From: Antedon mediterranea
Lineage: Eukaryota; Animalia; Echinodermata
NCBI RefSeq assembly: GCF_964355755.1
Contig: NC_092671.1
Location: 10,230,001-10,294,000 of the forward strand
Length of the DNA stretch: 64,000 nucleotides
Direction of reading: 5' to 3'
Part shown: positions 41,401 through 53,180 of the stretch, in pieces
How the letters are laid out: each line of letters opens with the position of its first letter
Numbering within the stretch: position 1 is the stretch's first letter
Notes under the pieces: generated by a model
Told to the model about the DNA's origin: nothing
Database searches by the model: none
The model's input: only the letters and a program-made list of their open reading frames with translations
Position numbers and translations under genes: made by a program

Positions 41401-44400
41401 TTGTTCTCTCACCATAGACAGTTTTACTATGTTTTTACCAAAATTGAACTCTGAAATTAAAACTATGATTGACGAATTGGTGAAGGTCATGTTTTTACAC
41501 GCACGTTCGATTGTGGACTTTTTAGTCAGCATGGTTAGTTTTACTAAGCAGGCAGTGGTCAGTAAAGTAACCATTAATTTTCAAGATGAAAGGCCTATGT
41601 TGGTTTATCCAGTTAAGATACTATAGGCATTGAATATACTTATTTTAGGTATTTTAAAGATTTAGTACGACAATTAATGAGGTTTTTGTATGAGGAGTTA
41701 ATTTTCTAATCAAGAAAGCCCAATTTCTATTGATTTTTTAAGAATTCAAATACTGTATGTAAATAATCCCATTTCAAGTATGAAAATGTCATTTGGATCA
41801 GAATTTTAATCTCAGAACTGGCATGGTGATCTGAGGTGAGCGTATTCTTACAATCAGTCAGCATCGCTATTCTAAATATCTAGTATATACCACTGAAGTA
41901 CATATTGCATCAGAATTTATTTTTATATAAATTATATTTCAGTTTTATTTGAGCAACGTCAATCAGAAGAGTCTGAAATATCAATGTGTTTTAAAAACAC
42001 TCATTGCATCAAATGTTTTACTGGTCAGGTAAATGTGCGAATAGATCACATTTTCATATACTTTTGAAAATAATATTATCTTTCACAATCTTAATTTGTG
42101 TTGCTGCTGTTATAAATTTCAAACAATTTTTAAAACTTATTGACAGTTAGCAAAAAGGATCAATAAAATACTTCTGGCAGTTCAATTCAAGTACAAATGT
42201 CCATTGTGATAGTTTTGAAAGTTAGCAAAATTACCTGAATGGCCATTGTTCGCAAAGCAAACCTATTGTGAATGAATTACTTATTGCAAAGTAAACATGC
42301 TACCAATGTGTCCAATCAAATCGTTGAAAATCAACATGACCAAATATGGAAAGGCAATTATCCATAACCACAATTTAGTGGCTAGGCTGGGTTTATACTT
42401 AAATTCAGAAACATCAGCCAAAATCACCTCATTATAACATGTATCAGACTGACCTTTGGACTATTAAACACTTCATTTATATATTTGAATAGTCGACCAT
42501 AAAACGACTGTTACATTGATATGTAGGAGAAGGATAATAATTGATTGAAAGAAAGATGATAAAAATCAAAAACTCAAGGTGTTTCATTTATTAATGGATA
42601 ATATAAAAGATAGCTCTTCTGTGGTAAACATTAAATTAAGTGACATTTATAGCTTTAAATGACTGTAAAAATAAAATGATAAAAACCCATAGAAAGCATG
42701 ACATTTACCTTTATAATACAATGTACAAATTAAAGTGTAAACGTCAATTCTATAAAAACTATATACAGCAGGACTCCACAATTATATATAGGCCTACTGT
42801 TGCATATAGGCCTACGCTTTACAACAACCTAACAGTACCACAACCTGACAGTACCGCAACCTAACAGTACCACAACCTAACAGTACCACAACCTGACAGT
42901 ACCGCAACCTGACCACAATCATCCCATCCCATAGTAACTTACCCCTCCCCACATCCTAGGTAAGCGATATGATTTTCAAATTTCTGGTCCATCATTACTT
43001 CTAATAAGTTTTGATTATATTTTATTAAACTCAAAAACAAAACACCCCTGTAGTGATAAATGGTACATACCATCTGGAAACCATTCATCTTGTAATTGGT
43101 CAAGGTCTTGAAATAACTCTAGAAAAAAACAAAAAAAAAAGGAAAATTTGATTATTTTTTAGATTTATTAGCAAAGATTTAGAAAACTATATTATTATGA
43201 AAAATTAATAAATGAATAAATAATTTTTATGAATTTCTGACTTATAGTTAGAGGCAAAGTAAACTTAATTATGTGTAGTCCCTTGTCCCTTATGCTTCAG
43301 GATTGATTTAATACACAGTATCCAATTAGCTTTATTTTCATGATTTTTTTTCAATTATTGTGAGGCTATAGTGTATAAATAAATCCAAAGGCAAAATACT
43401 GAAAATATATAGGATTATATCTCACTCTTTGAATAAATAGGCTATTAGCGGCCTTTTCTAGGTAAGTTAAAGCACAAACTAGAAACAAAATTTAAGAATT
43501 AATAAACTCTTTTATGATAAAATTCCTGAAACATAGTTTAATCATTGTCAATAAGCTTTTATAACACAATACTACAGTACTGTTGGCCCAACAGTTCAAA
43601 ATTACATAAAACATTTTTCTGTATTTTATTGGGTTATGAAATACAGTAGTGTTATGTCAGCCATGAATAAGAACATTTAAGATTATAGGAAGCTGGTTAA
43701 AAGAAACAAAATTGGATATTGTTGTTATCCTGTTATTTGAAATAGTTGAAATATAGGCTGGCAAACCGCCAGCAACGTTTGCTGTAATTAACAAATAAAA
43801 CATCATACCCGATCCATTAATGAGCTTAAAATGTTCAATTAAAACATATTTATTATAGCAGACTCTTCTTCTACTGATTACGATTTCAGATTGACATTTT
43901 TTAACCTGAATTTTGAAACATAAATATTTAGAGTGAAAAGAAAATAACAAAATATGAACTTTGATATATTCAGCCAGAGGGGAATATAGTCAAATGACTA
44001 AACTAACAACTTCATGATTCGCAATAGGGCAAACTGAAAAACCATTGGCTAAGAAACGATGATTATAATATGGTGTGACAAAATATTACCGCATTCTCAT
44101 GAGTATACCATCAGTCAATCATGATTTTTATGTTTTTATAAGTTTTTGAACTTTTATGTTGTCCAACCAAAGAAGTAGTCTATATTGTCATTTTAATTTT
44201 TTTTACTATAACTATAGGCTATACTTTTTAATTATGCACTTAAATTTATTTTAAACACATGTCATTCAATGTTTTTAAGCTAGTAATTCTGCAATAGGTT
44301 GAAATCTTACCAAGACCTTAGTAAGAGAAAACTTAACAAGAACTTAGGAAGAGAAATCATATCAAGTACAAACACAGATTTCCACTTTCAAAGTTGGGCA

Positions 44401-47400
44401 CACAGATAATCATAAAAAACATCGAATCTGTAAGTCTTGCCATAAAAAGTTCAGTAAAATTATAGTTTTAAATTGTAAATTCTATAGTATTTTTTTTTAA
44501 AACCATAATTGCTCGTAATAAATGACGGTTTAAATTGTAGTAAGTTTCACTTTTCCAACATTCAACAAGTAATGAAATAATATTGGATTGAACTATTTCA
44601 ATGGATAATGGTTGATTCTTAAAATCACTACCACCAGTGCATTTTTTATATTGGCACATAGCCAATAGCTTCTCGTTTTCTATAGGCAACTGTATGGGAC
44701 TGAAATAGGATATGAAAAGCCAGTATACATCAACGAATCAGGCAGCAGGTCAACTTTAGGAAATTGAGGTCACCTGAACTTTGACCCTAGGGACTTGTTT
44801 GAGAATGTTTTGTAAGCTTGCAGGCATTTCTTGTGTGATTTATTGGCTTGCTTGTGGAAGTATTAAATTACTCAATCTGGGCCAGAACTTGTAATACCAA
44901 CAAGTTTAAAAGATAAAGTATAGCAACGCATGTTATATGTTGTAGATTTTGAAGAAACAATTCAATTTTAACACCAAAGTTGAAATATTAAATATGAAAC
45001 CTAGTTTTGAGTAAGTTTATTAAACAATTATAAATACAGTAAAAGTCTGTAACAAACTATAAAAAATAAAAAAAAATAAATAAAATAAAAAAAATAAATG
45101 AAAAATAGTTTTGTATACCGCAGCAAACTTTCTATTTAGTTACAAATATGGACTCTAGATTTCTAGTTTGTAATAGCCAACTACTGATACTGTGTGCTTA
45201 GTTAAGACAGATATGAAATGAAGATGAACATCACTAAAACCAAAGTGATGATTATCCATAAAGAGAATTAAAAAACACCAATGTCCATATACAACTTAAT
45301 GGCAAGCAGTTAAATCAAGTGTCAAGCATGGTTTACCTGGGACACATATAACATATAAAAAATATAATATAATTTGTATAGCGCCTTTCCAAATTGATCA
45401 AGGCGCTTCGCATTTTAATGCCTAGGAAACAAGTAAGTTTAAGGCCTTTCTTAAATAGATCTATCGATTTTAGTTCCCTTAAGTAACAGAAGATGGTAAA
45501 TGTGAGAAGGAAGTGCGCAGACGGATTGAAATTGCTCACGCGGATTTTGAAGGTTTAAAAGAGGTGCTACTACCAGAAACATAAAAAAGTAAGCACAAGA
45601 AGAAAGTTAGCACAATTCTACGTATAGTCCACGTTATTATGTGCAGCAGAAACGTGGACTTTAAACATAAATATTATAAACCGGATTGAAGCATTTGAAA
45701 TGTGGGTATACAGGGGCATAATGAAGATCACATGGAAAGATAGAGTTAGTAATGCAGAGGTGTTGAGAAGAGTGGGAGCTAATAGATGTCTAGTTTATAC
45801 CATCAAGAAATGAAAGCTAGAATTTTTTGGTCATCTCATATACTGTAAGGAAGGAAAGTCTTCAAAGGAAAATACTAGATGGTAAAATAGACGGGAAAAG
45901 AGGCAGAGGTACTGTAGGCCACGTTTTACATGGACAACCAACATAAAGGAATGGACAAAAATGAGCTATGAGAAGTGTGTGAGAAAGGCGCATCTGAGGA
46001 AAGAATGAAAATTCATGACAGCCAATCTGCTTCGAGCGGAGGACCAACAGGTGACAGTTAAGACAGACACTTTAAATAGCAACATACGTAATGAGCATTT
46101 CTTCCAATGAATTGAACTATTTAAGTATTTCTAAATATTAAATTGCTAGAAATTTTATGAGTTAAACTTGACAATGGCAGTAAAAGTGTCCTTGAGCTTA
46201 GTAAGAGTTCTTAACACATTGAAAAAAAAGAGTTCAAATGGCAAACTTAAGTACCCATCATTAACACTGCCTTTGATAAAAGTTAAAAAGAAAAGCTTTT
46301 CATTGTGCACAAAGGGGAAACATTGACTTAAAATGTCCATTTTCAGAAATGTCAAAACTTTATATTGAAAGTACCCACGACATAGTCAGGAACATTTTCA
46401 TTTCCTAGTCTTCCGAACAGGATGAAATTTCATTTCTAACTACAACAAAATTATTAAAAATGGAAGAACTAAGTTATTAATTAGCACTCTATATTATAAA
46501 CATATTAACAGTAAATCCTATCATATATAGAGTTTATGAATATGAGATACTTCCCTCATTTTATTTTCATAATCTTTTAATGAAAAAAAAAATGTTTTTA
46601 GTAGAATATAACTTGAAAACACTGGTGGGTATTTACTGTACAGTATATTCTGGGTGGAGTCAGTGTACACTATTGGATCCAGCTTTAGTTTTTAAGTAGA
46701 ATCGACCCTTTTCTTATGATCTCCATGTCGTGGTAATCTTGTTAGATATCTTAACCTTATTATTAACTTAAGATTTTTACATACTGTACATCCCTGTTGT
46801 ATATCGAAAAGAACACCAAATGTACAGTATTATTACTGTACAGTATTGTACATCAAATAATCAAAGAACTTTGTATACTTGATTTGATAAATTCTTCAAT
46901 GTCTTTCTATCTATTTATTAAGTATTTTTGTGATCAGTTTATTCCAAGATAACATAGAATTTCCATATATGTCTATAAAACTATCAAATATGCTAAACTA
47001 CCATGTATTATTCTATAACACATAAAGTTCAATCAATATTTACTGTACATCGTACTGTATAGAATTGTTGAGTTAGCTATTGTTATACAAATTAAAGTAA
47101 CGCATACAGTGTGGTAATCAGTAAATTGATAATGGTTGGACACCATGAAAGAATATTACATACAGTAAAACACCGATTAAGGGGCCACCTTCAGGACCAC
47201 CAAAAAAATGCTTTTTTAATAGTGGGTGTCTTCTGTAGTATTGTCGACATTCATGTTTATTTCATGGAAAGTTTCCCTTTAACAGCGGTGTACTCTGAAT
47301 ATGGTATCCCCAAGGAGGTGTTTCTGCTGTGTACTTTATAATTAATTGTCTTTTAAATTATTACTTGTGGGCAAGGGGTAATTGTCATTCCAGTTTTTGT

Positions 47401-50400
47401 TGACAGTGCCAGATGTTTTATAGAATGATTGAAAAATCATTAAGGATAATTTAAAGTTCGGTTTCCTACAGCTATTTACTGAAGTTTGTTAATGTTATAA
47501 CATTGGTCAACATATTTACTTTATGCATGTTCAGAACTATATTCATATTTAGTATGAGCATACTAGTATATTGTTAATAAAAGGAATGGGTTGATTAGGC
47601 TAATAGTACGATATTATACAGTACTATTTATTGTCATTTTAACAAGGTACAAATGAAAGTTGGTTGGTTAGGTTACATTTACTTAATATTGATTTGTTTC
47701 AAGTTTTTAATCTGAACTCATCTGAAATGAATCGGTCTTTCTGTAACATATTATCTTACTCTACTGTAAATTTAACAAATCTCTAATCGGAGGCATTAAG
47801 TTAAAATTCATTGTTTAGCAATTCTATCAGATGTATCCGCGAGAGGATGTTAATTCATATCTTGTCATTGTAAGGCTCACATGTCACACTCTTCTGACAA
47901 GATGTACCAGAACACGCTGGCTGGGGTACAGTAAACCCACTAAAAGATGAACAAAACTTTAGACTTGTTCTACTGTACTACCATCTAAACTGTGACTGAG
48001 GAGAGCCTTCAACTTGTGCCAATATCACAACTACAGTTTGCAGAGCCCTGTCTTAACCGCTTGACCACTGGACACTAAAAACATACGTTACTGTATGTAA
48101 TTCAACAATGAAGCCTGATTGACACCTTCAATTTGTTTCATCATGATATTACAGTAGTATTGTTCATGTTTCTTTTTCAAAAAGGCTTCCATCCTATTCT
48201 GATTTCATATTAATGACTCTAAATGTACTGTACCATAAATAGTTGTATTAAATAATCTGGTAAAATGATTAGATATACAATATAAATGACAAAAAAATAG
48301 TAATTACATTTCAATTCCCAGGAATATCTAAAATAATTATTGTTAATTTTCTGATAAAAGAAACATAAAACATAACATTACAGAGTTATTAAATATTGAT
48401 TGCAACTTTAGGATAAAGTTTCAATATGCAATTAAAATTTAAAAGAATAATTATTTGTAAATTAAAAAAATTAAAACTATATTATACAAATCAGGGTGTT
48501 ATTGTATTGTAAAATATACACCTTGTAAAGATGACATAGCTAAGTTTATTGGACAAGAAGAATTAAGAAATGTTCAAGGGAAATGAAGTAATTTTAACTG
48601 TATACGTGACATTCAGTTAGTAATATCACCGTTGTCGTCATTATTTAATTGCAAGAGAAACACAGACCGAGTAAAACCTTTTTATAGACCTTAAAACTAA
48701 CTGATAATTTATGAAATTGAATACTTGTTTAGACACCTTGATGTTTTAATAATCCAAGTTTTCCTTTACTTTGTATCGGTACCGTTTGTGATTCACCAAC
48801 AGTTAAACATTTTAAAAACTAAAATAAATAATGTTCTGTACTTGATAAAAATTTAGTTGGGATGACATTAAATGAAGTGAACTGCAGTACTGTATGTGCA
48901 ATGGCTTGGGAAAACAATTAAATTTGGACTCAATCCTGAAGCGAGCCATGTAAGTTTAAATGCAGGGTTATAGATTTTTGTTAATTGTGTCCATTATGTT
49001 TCTGAATGATGGCAGTTTCTGTTATTAGTCTATGTATAACTTTGCTATCCTTATCCAGGTAAAGCTAGGCACAAAATAGATTTAAATAATTTTTCCTTTG
49101 ATCTGATATTAGTACAGTAACTATCAAAAATTCATAAAGTATTGTACCAGTGAATTGTACAGTACAGTTATATTCAGAAAAGTTTTACCAACAGTGTTTT
49201 GAAAACATTGCTCGCTTGATGAAGTGAGCAAATGTTGGAATATCATACTGTGATGGCATTTCTATAATAAGTTAAATATGATACTGTTTGAAAAGATGGT
49301 TCGTAATTAGGTAATGCTGTGTGTCTATAATTTGATTCATTAGTATCTATGGCTATTCATTAGAAACTTCTGCCAGGTTATTTAATATATGGATGCAATT
49401 AATATTGTGGGTTACAGTTTTGTAATTTTAAAATGTTCAGATAAATTACAGAAGTGGGCAGATTAAGCCCCAATTATATCACTAATACTTTACTTAATAT
49501 TAATCTCTTTGAAGTTTTCAATCTGAACTCATCTGGAAAGTAAACAAACTTTATATTTAGATATTATCCATACAATTTTTCTTTCTGTGCATGTCTTAAC
49601 AATAAACCCATAAATGAGCCATTTTGTTCGCAAAACAATAAAGTTGGTGGCAGAGTTAAAAAGTGTTCAAGCTGTGTAACCAAGCGTGATGTAAGACAGA
49701 AAAGAAGCTATAATCTTTCATTTCCTTTCTTTTGAAAACTAACAAAAGCAAGTTTGTAAAAGGTGATTTTTAACCTGTCTTTATCAAACTATAATCACCT
49801 TATTTTATTTACAGTATATGACGAGTACCGGTAGTTGGAAATTCCCTTTAAATAGTCTTATAAAGACATAGGAAAGGAATTTCCTTGAAAAAGAAATAAT
49901 GCAAGATAAGTCTTGTTATCAGATACTCTCTGAAAGGTAATTAATTGTTTGAATTTAATTAGGGTAATGTGTCATTAATAGGTTGTCAATCCAATACCAC
50001 TCTATTGACTCTCAAGACAAAATTTTGAATTGTTTTTATTGTTGTATTATTTATAAAAACAATAAAAAGTAAATGTTTGCATGAATATGTGTTTTTGGTA
50101 ATACAAAAATAGAACGTCATTTGACATTAATTACTGAACATGTACAGTACACCTTTAATGCTACAGGGAAACCATGGGACCATTGTGATCATATAATAAT
50201 AAATTCGCTTTAGAAATGTATGGTATGACGTCAATTGAATGTAGATATAAATAACAAAACTGCATTAGAAGGTGGGTCAAATAAACTCTTCAACCATCAG
50301 TTATCAACTCGACTAAACTTACCAGCTGAATCACAGAAGTCTTCTTTGAAGAGTTTTTTGTAACCACTTTCAAACTTGCATTGTCCAAAGCAGAGATCTC

Positions 50401-53062
50401 TGTCACTTAAACTGCTATCCACATCAGGTACAATCTAAAAATACAAGAATAAAAACCAAACATTAAAGTTTCGGTAATATTTTCCACATTGAAAATCGTA
50501 TACTTTACAAAGGTTAATTTCTCTACTTGAGATAGTAAATAGTATTAAGGAAAGAAGTGACGATAATAGAGGTATGGAGTTGGGGAGAGGGGGGTGGTGT
50601 TAGGGGTGGGGGGGGGGGGGGGGGGGGGGGGGGTGGGGGTGTAAATTTACAGTATCCTATCTTATGAGAGGAGTATTGTATTATGGATAAATATATTAAT
50701 AAACATTTTTTTTAAACAATTTTGTTTTTTTAAGAGAGATGATACTGTACAATCTTAGTGTAAATTTAGCCCTATAGCTACGACAGAATTACCTTTAACA
50801 CTAAGGTCTATTTTTTATTATTTCAGCACACCTGCAATATCAAGGTACTGTAAGTATCAACTCAAAAAATAAAAGATGAGCAACATACAGAAATAGGTGA
50901 AGCAACATAAAGAATTTAATGATTTAACCAATTTAAATATTTTAAATGTCTTTGGTTATTAAGCTTTGTACTGTACAGTATTCTATTAATTTTATGTCAT
51001 GATCTTTACGTACTGTAGATATTGATGCAATCTATAGTTTACAATGCAATGACATTGGTTACATTTCTACACCTCGACAAGCCTTGTGTCTGAACATACT
51101 GTAAGGTACAGTACACATGCAGTGAGGCGGAACACTTGCAATTACAAGGACTCTTGGTAGGAGGTCTAAATCAGTTAATTCAAATTGCATTAAAGTAATC
51201 TATCTTGTCCCTCATCAATACTTTTTACTGACCAGTAGTAACACTAGTACAATACTAACTGCATTTTAAACTTTATTTCGCAAATCCAATGCATATTATT
51301 ATAACTAATAACATGGTAAACAAGACAAACAGTATAAATGCTTTGCTAATGAACTATATACAGTTTTTACAGATCAAAAGTTGCCTTTTCAATATTCCTC
51401 ACCATTATACTGTATATACAGTATATAGTGAAAAATATACTGTAGTACTGTATACAGCAAACAACTACTGTATTATATATACATAGTACAAGCCCAGAAT
51501 CTACTAGTGGCTAGTACTATATGAATCCAGACTACTGTACTGTATATTTGTGGGTGCTGTCAGTGTAATGTATGTTAACTTTAACCTGCAGAATCTGGAC
51601 GGCATTTGATTTGAACACTTTTCTGGTCACTGGCTCGAATTTTTGTATAGTAAAAGTGGTTTAATATAATTAATATTTAAGCAAAAACTATTAATTAGCA
51701 CAAATCTAACTACCATAATTTAGGACATCTGAGCATACTACTGTATACAATAGATTCTACAGAACTTAACTACATTGTTGACAAGCCCCGTATTTGTGCA
51801 ATTAGTACTTCAAATACAAATGTTTGTTTATTAATAAACAGATTTAAATGAAATGGTACAGTACAGTAGTCTATAAATCATATTTTGTTGTAAATTTTAA
51901 AACAATAAATAATAAGATCCATTTACAGTATAATAAAAATCTCTCTGAACCTCGCAAATAAAAATCAATAATTACATATCTATTAATTTTTTACTAGAAA
52001 ATACATAAATATTCTATCGCAAAGTCTTGGTGAAGTACAGTACTGTAAGTCTACAGTACACATTTTCTATCATTAGAGTTTAATAACAGATGCTGTTACT
52101 TCTTGTTATTTGTGTTTCTAGGTTTTGTTTTGTACTATGTGATTTGTGTTAAAATTGATCTTCATACCCCATTCTTTCTTAATGTTTTTTTGTTGTCGAT
52201 TTCTTTTTTACAAAAAAAAGTGTATTATACAGTCTTACAATAAGAGATTTACAGTCTCAAGCCGCCTACAAGTACATTTGGATTTAGCAACTATGACTGT
52301 AAACACACATTACAATTATACTCCTTAACAAGTTCATCGTTTAGGATAACTATTACTACTGTAAGGACAAGCATAATGTTAATACTACTACCTCTTGACT
52401 TGTACAAGAAGATTTACTACAGGAGACATAAAAACATAATTGAAATCTTAGGATACTAACAATTTTAAATGTACAGTATTTGATTATTTTGAAAAATTGG
52501 GTAAATAATCCAATAGGCATCTTTGAAAAGGACTTTAATTGAACAAGGTGAATTTATAGTCAAGTACAGTATTATGCATGATCAAATAATGTTATACTAT
52601 GTCGGAATGTAAATTAGTATATTAACATTATAATATTACTAACATGGAAATGTCAACAGTATCCTTTTTAAGCATGATCATCATTGTTTGACCTGCAGTA
52701 CAGTCAAGCAGTATCAGAGTTTACACATTATTTGCCGACCTACATTAGGGTCAGTCCAAGGCTGGCCCAAAATCGTGTATAAATGCGGTAAATCATGCCT
52801 AAAAATGTCATGCTTTTAAAGTCCAGTAGTAGTATATTATACTGTAGTGAAACTGTGTCCAACATGTTAAAAACCTTGAAATCTGACTAATGTACAGTAC
52901 AACTAGACTTGAACCAAGAACTGGGGTAGGAAAGCAAGTAACAAACCAAGATACATTACCATTAGTTCATAATTTAAAAATAATGAATGCATAATATTTT
53001 ACCTGTGGAACTAGGTAAGGTACTTGCTGATCATAAAATCCATCACTTTGGTCTTCCATCAT
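14134..53062 (-). CDS. Pea3: PEA3-subfamily ETS transcription factor (ETV1/ETV4/ETV5-like), full gene model: complement(join(14134..14472,14776..14936,15534..15638,16823..16897,17350..17534,18216..18594,32663..32716,43071..43118,50323..50434,53003..53062)), 505 aa
   Basis: Ten exons with GT-AG boundaries and matching phases sum to 1518 nt. Family motifs occur in order: [81 protein letters not shown], then the ETS domain. Confidence 0.95.
14776..14936 (-). CDS. Pea3: Pea3 coding exon 9, N-terminal half of the ETS domain
   Basis: [23 protein letters not shown]...[15 protein letters not shown]; aatag acceptor, GAG|GTAAAT donor. Confidence 0.97.
15338..15440. mobile_element. MITE family A, internal fragment
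   Basis: Core sequence present, TIRs lost. Confidence 0.75.
15534..15638 (-). CDS. Pea3: Pea3 coding exon 8 ([35 protein letters not shown])
   Basis: 105 nt phase 1-1 exon, tttcag acceptor, G|GTAAGA donor; [10 protein letters not shown] resembles ETV1 FYDDTCVVPEKF. Confidence 0.87.
16823..16897 (-). CDS. Pea3: Pea3 coding exon 7 ([25 protein letters not shown])
   Basis: 75 nt phase 1-1 open exon with ttgtag acceptor and G|GTAAGA donor. Sequence is poorly conserved, so support is structural. Confidence 0.78.
17350..17534 (-). CDS. Pea3: Pea3 coding exon 6 (LLRQSTEP...RRQNSEP...[12 protein letters not shown])
   Basis: Inside ORF 17201-17563; ttctag acceptor, G|GTAAGT donor; 185 nt, phase 2 to 1. 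Confidence 0.92.
18216..18594 (-). CDS. Pea3: Pea3 coding exon 5 ([14 protein letters not shown]...PNYRDKR), Pro/Gln-rich
   Basis: Inside ORF 18197-18658; ttacag acceptor, AG|GTTTGT donor; 379 nt, phase 1 to 2; KIKPEPRSP resembles ETV1 KIKKEPHSP. Confidence 0.9.
18851..19053. repeat. Minisatellite, 23-bp unit GTATGAATATGGCAACAAACATG, about 9 copies
   Basis: Head-to-tail near-identical units with no spacers. Confidence 0.95.
20310..20477 (-). mobile_element. Short Penelope-like fragment carrying a hammerhead motif, flanked by a 28-bp direct repeat
   Basis: ATATACATACA(G/T)TTAATGTATGTATAAT at 20282-20309 and 20478-20505; the insert end AAATCCAAAGG...TACTGAAAA recurs at about 43381-43405. Confidence 0.6.
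20436..20472 (-). ncRNA. Minimal type I hammerhead ribozyme motif on the Pea3 sense strand
   Basis: Minus strand: GCA-CTGATGA-A-GGGC-tagtgtt-GCCC-GAAA-gc-TC-TGC; 3-bp stem I, 4-bp stem II, palindromic AGCT stem III. Confidence 0.7.
25830..27446 (+). mobile_element. Non-autonomous Helentron/DINE-1-like (HINE) rolling-circle element, ~1.6 kb
   Basis: 13-bp subterminal inverted repeats TTTGGTTATCCGC (25837-25849) and GCGGATAACCAAA (27403-27415); 5' hairpin 25840-25869; (CAT)n microsatellite near 25888; 3' hairpin AACTCGTCA-aag-TGACGAGTT (27414-27434) then CTAG-TT; starts in a T-run; CpG-rich relative to the host intron. Confidence 0.82.
29488..29742. mobile_element. Fold-back element with a duplicated right arm
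   Basis: TGCTAAACCCCGCAAACCTCCAAAAAAACATA pairs with 29555-29585 and again with about 29699-29740; 29523-29585 is repeated at about 29667-29740. Confidence 0.65.
32010..32067 (-). mobile_element. Degenerate tRNA-derived SINE head
   Basis: Minus strand GTGGTCTGATGGTAA...GGGTTCAACTC. Confidence 0.4.
32663..32716 (-). CDS. Pea3: Pea3 coding exon 4 ([18 protein letters not shown]), COP1-degron-like motif
   Basis: 54 nt phase 1-1 exon, ctattag acceptor, GTAAGT donor; EQFVPD is identical to the ETV1/4/5 motif. Confidence 0.93.
33625..33772 (-). mobile_element. Degenerate tRNA-derived SINE
   Basis: Minus strand TGGTGGTTA...GGGTTCAAATCC with A/B-box spacing. Confidence 0.5.
34217..34532 (+). mobile_element. 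tRNA-derived SINE, full length, with Deu/Nin-like central domain and (AAAC)n tail
   Basis: A box TGGCCGAGCGAT (34226), B box GGTTCGAGGC (34281), GTGAGTGA/TCACTCAC stem; core TAAACCGTAGGTCC...TAAAGAACC...GAGTAGGGGGTTACCCCGGTGT resembles the recalled Deu domain. Confidence 0.8.
34835..34893. mobile_element. MITE family A, degraded fragment
   Basis: GACATCATCATGTCCATA...AAAGTTTGATACGGTAGAAAGAGCT. Confidence 0.6.
37993..38103. mobile_element. MITE family A, copy truncated at one end
   Basis: TTA|AGCTCTGTCTACACTATCCAACT followed by the core sequence. Confidence 0.8.
38794..38956. mobile_element. MITE family A, full copy
   Basis: Perfect 23-bp TIRs, TAA target-site duplication, internal duplication of CACTACCATATTT. 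Confidence 0.9.
40540..41020. repeat. Tandem repeat, ~102-bp unit, about 4.7 copies
   Basis: AAATAATAGGCTTTGGATTGTTAGAGTCCAGTCCAGTGCGATCAAGAC... recurs at about 40542, 40640, 40743, 40846 and 40957. Confidence 0.92.
42824..42913. repeat. Minisatellite, 16-bp unit CAACCT(A/G)ACAGTACC(A/G), about 5.5 copies
   Basis: Directly visible tandem units. Confidence 0.9.
43071..43118 (-). CDS. Pea3: Pea3 coding exon 3, acidic transactivation helix ([16 protein letters not shown])
   Basis: 48 nt phase 1-1 exon, ttttctag acceptor, GTATGT donor; matches ETV ELFQDLSQLQETW. Confidence 0.93.
45208..46060 (+). mobile_element. RTE-clade LINE relic (3' part of the RT ORF; stops and frameshifts)
   Basis: Translates to [11 protein letters not shown]...[23 protein letters not shown]...[10 protein letters not shown]...[30 protein letters not shown]...KLEFFGHL...[10 protein letters not shown], typical of RTE C-termini. 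Confidence 0.88.
45349..45481 (-). mobile_element. Short L2-like 3' end nested in the RTE relic
   Basis: Interrupts YLGH/VTEDG; TATAGCGCC...AAGGCGCTT stem next to an (ATATA)n-like tail. Confidence 0.55.
47163..47330. mobile_element. Degraded Tc1/mariner-type MITE
   Basis: TA|CAGTAAAACACC...GGGGCCACC start and imperfect inverted end GGTATCCCC...GGTGTTTCTGCTG. Confidence 0.45.
50323..50434 (-). CDS. Pea3: Pea3 coding exon 2 ([37 protein letters not shown])
   Basis: ttttag acceptor, G|GTAAGT donor, 112 nt, phase 0 to 1, open frame; joins the next exon as DSA-E-LFQDL (ETV1: DSEELFQDL). Confidence 0.88.
50581..50640. repeat. Poly-G / G-rich tract
   Basis: Run of about 26 G with flanking GGGG blocks; G-quadruplex-capable on the + (template) strand. 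Confidence 0.85.
53003..53062 (-). CDS. Pea3: Pea3 coding exon 1 ([20 protein letters not shown]); exon begins at 53094 with 32 nt of 5' UTR
   Basis: Matches the ETV1/ETV5 N-terminus [10 protein letters not shown]. In-frame TAG two codons upstream of the ATG; acceptor tttcag at 53100-53095; donor CAG|GTAAAA. Confidence 0.93.
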
Positions 53063-53180
53063 AAGCTAGGCTACATGAATGTTGTAAGCCTTACCTGAAA
53101 TGATGACAAACAGTAAAAATGTCAGTTATGTTGCATTGGAAATTACAGTCGGTTACTACAGTACAGTATAGTGAATCTAA

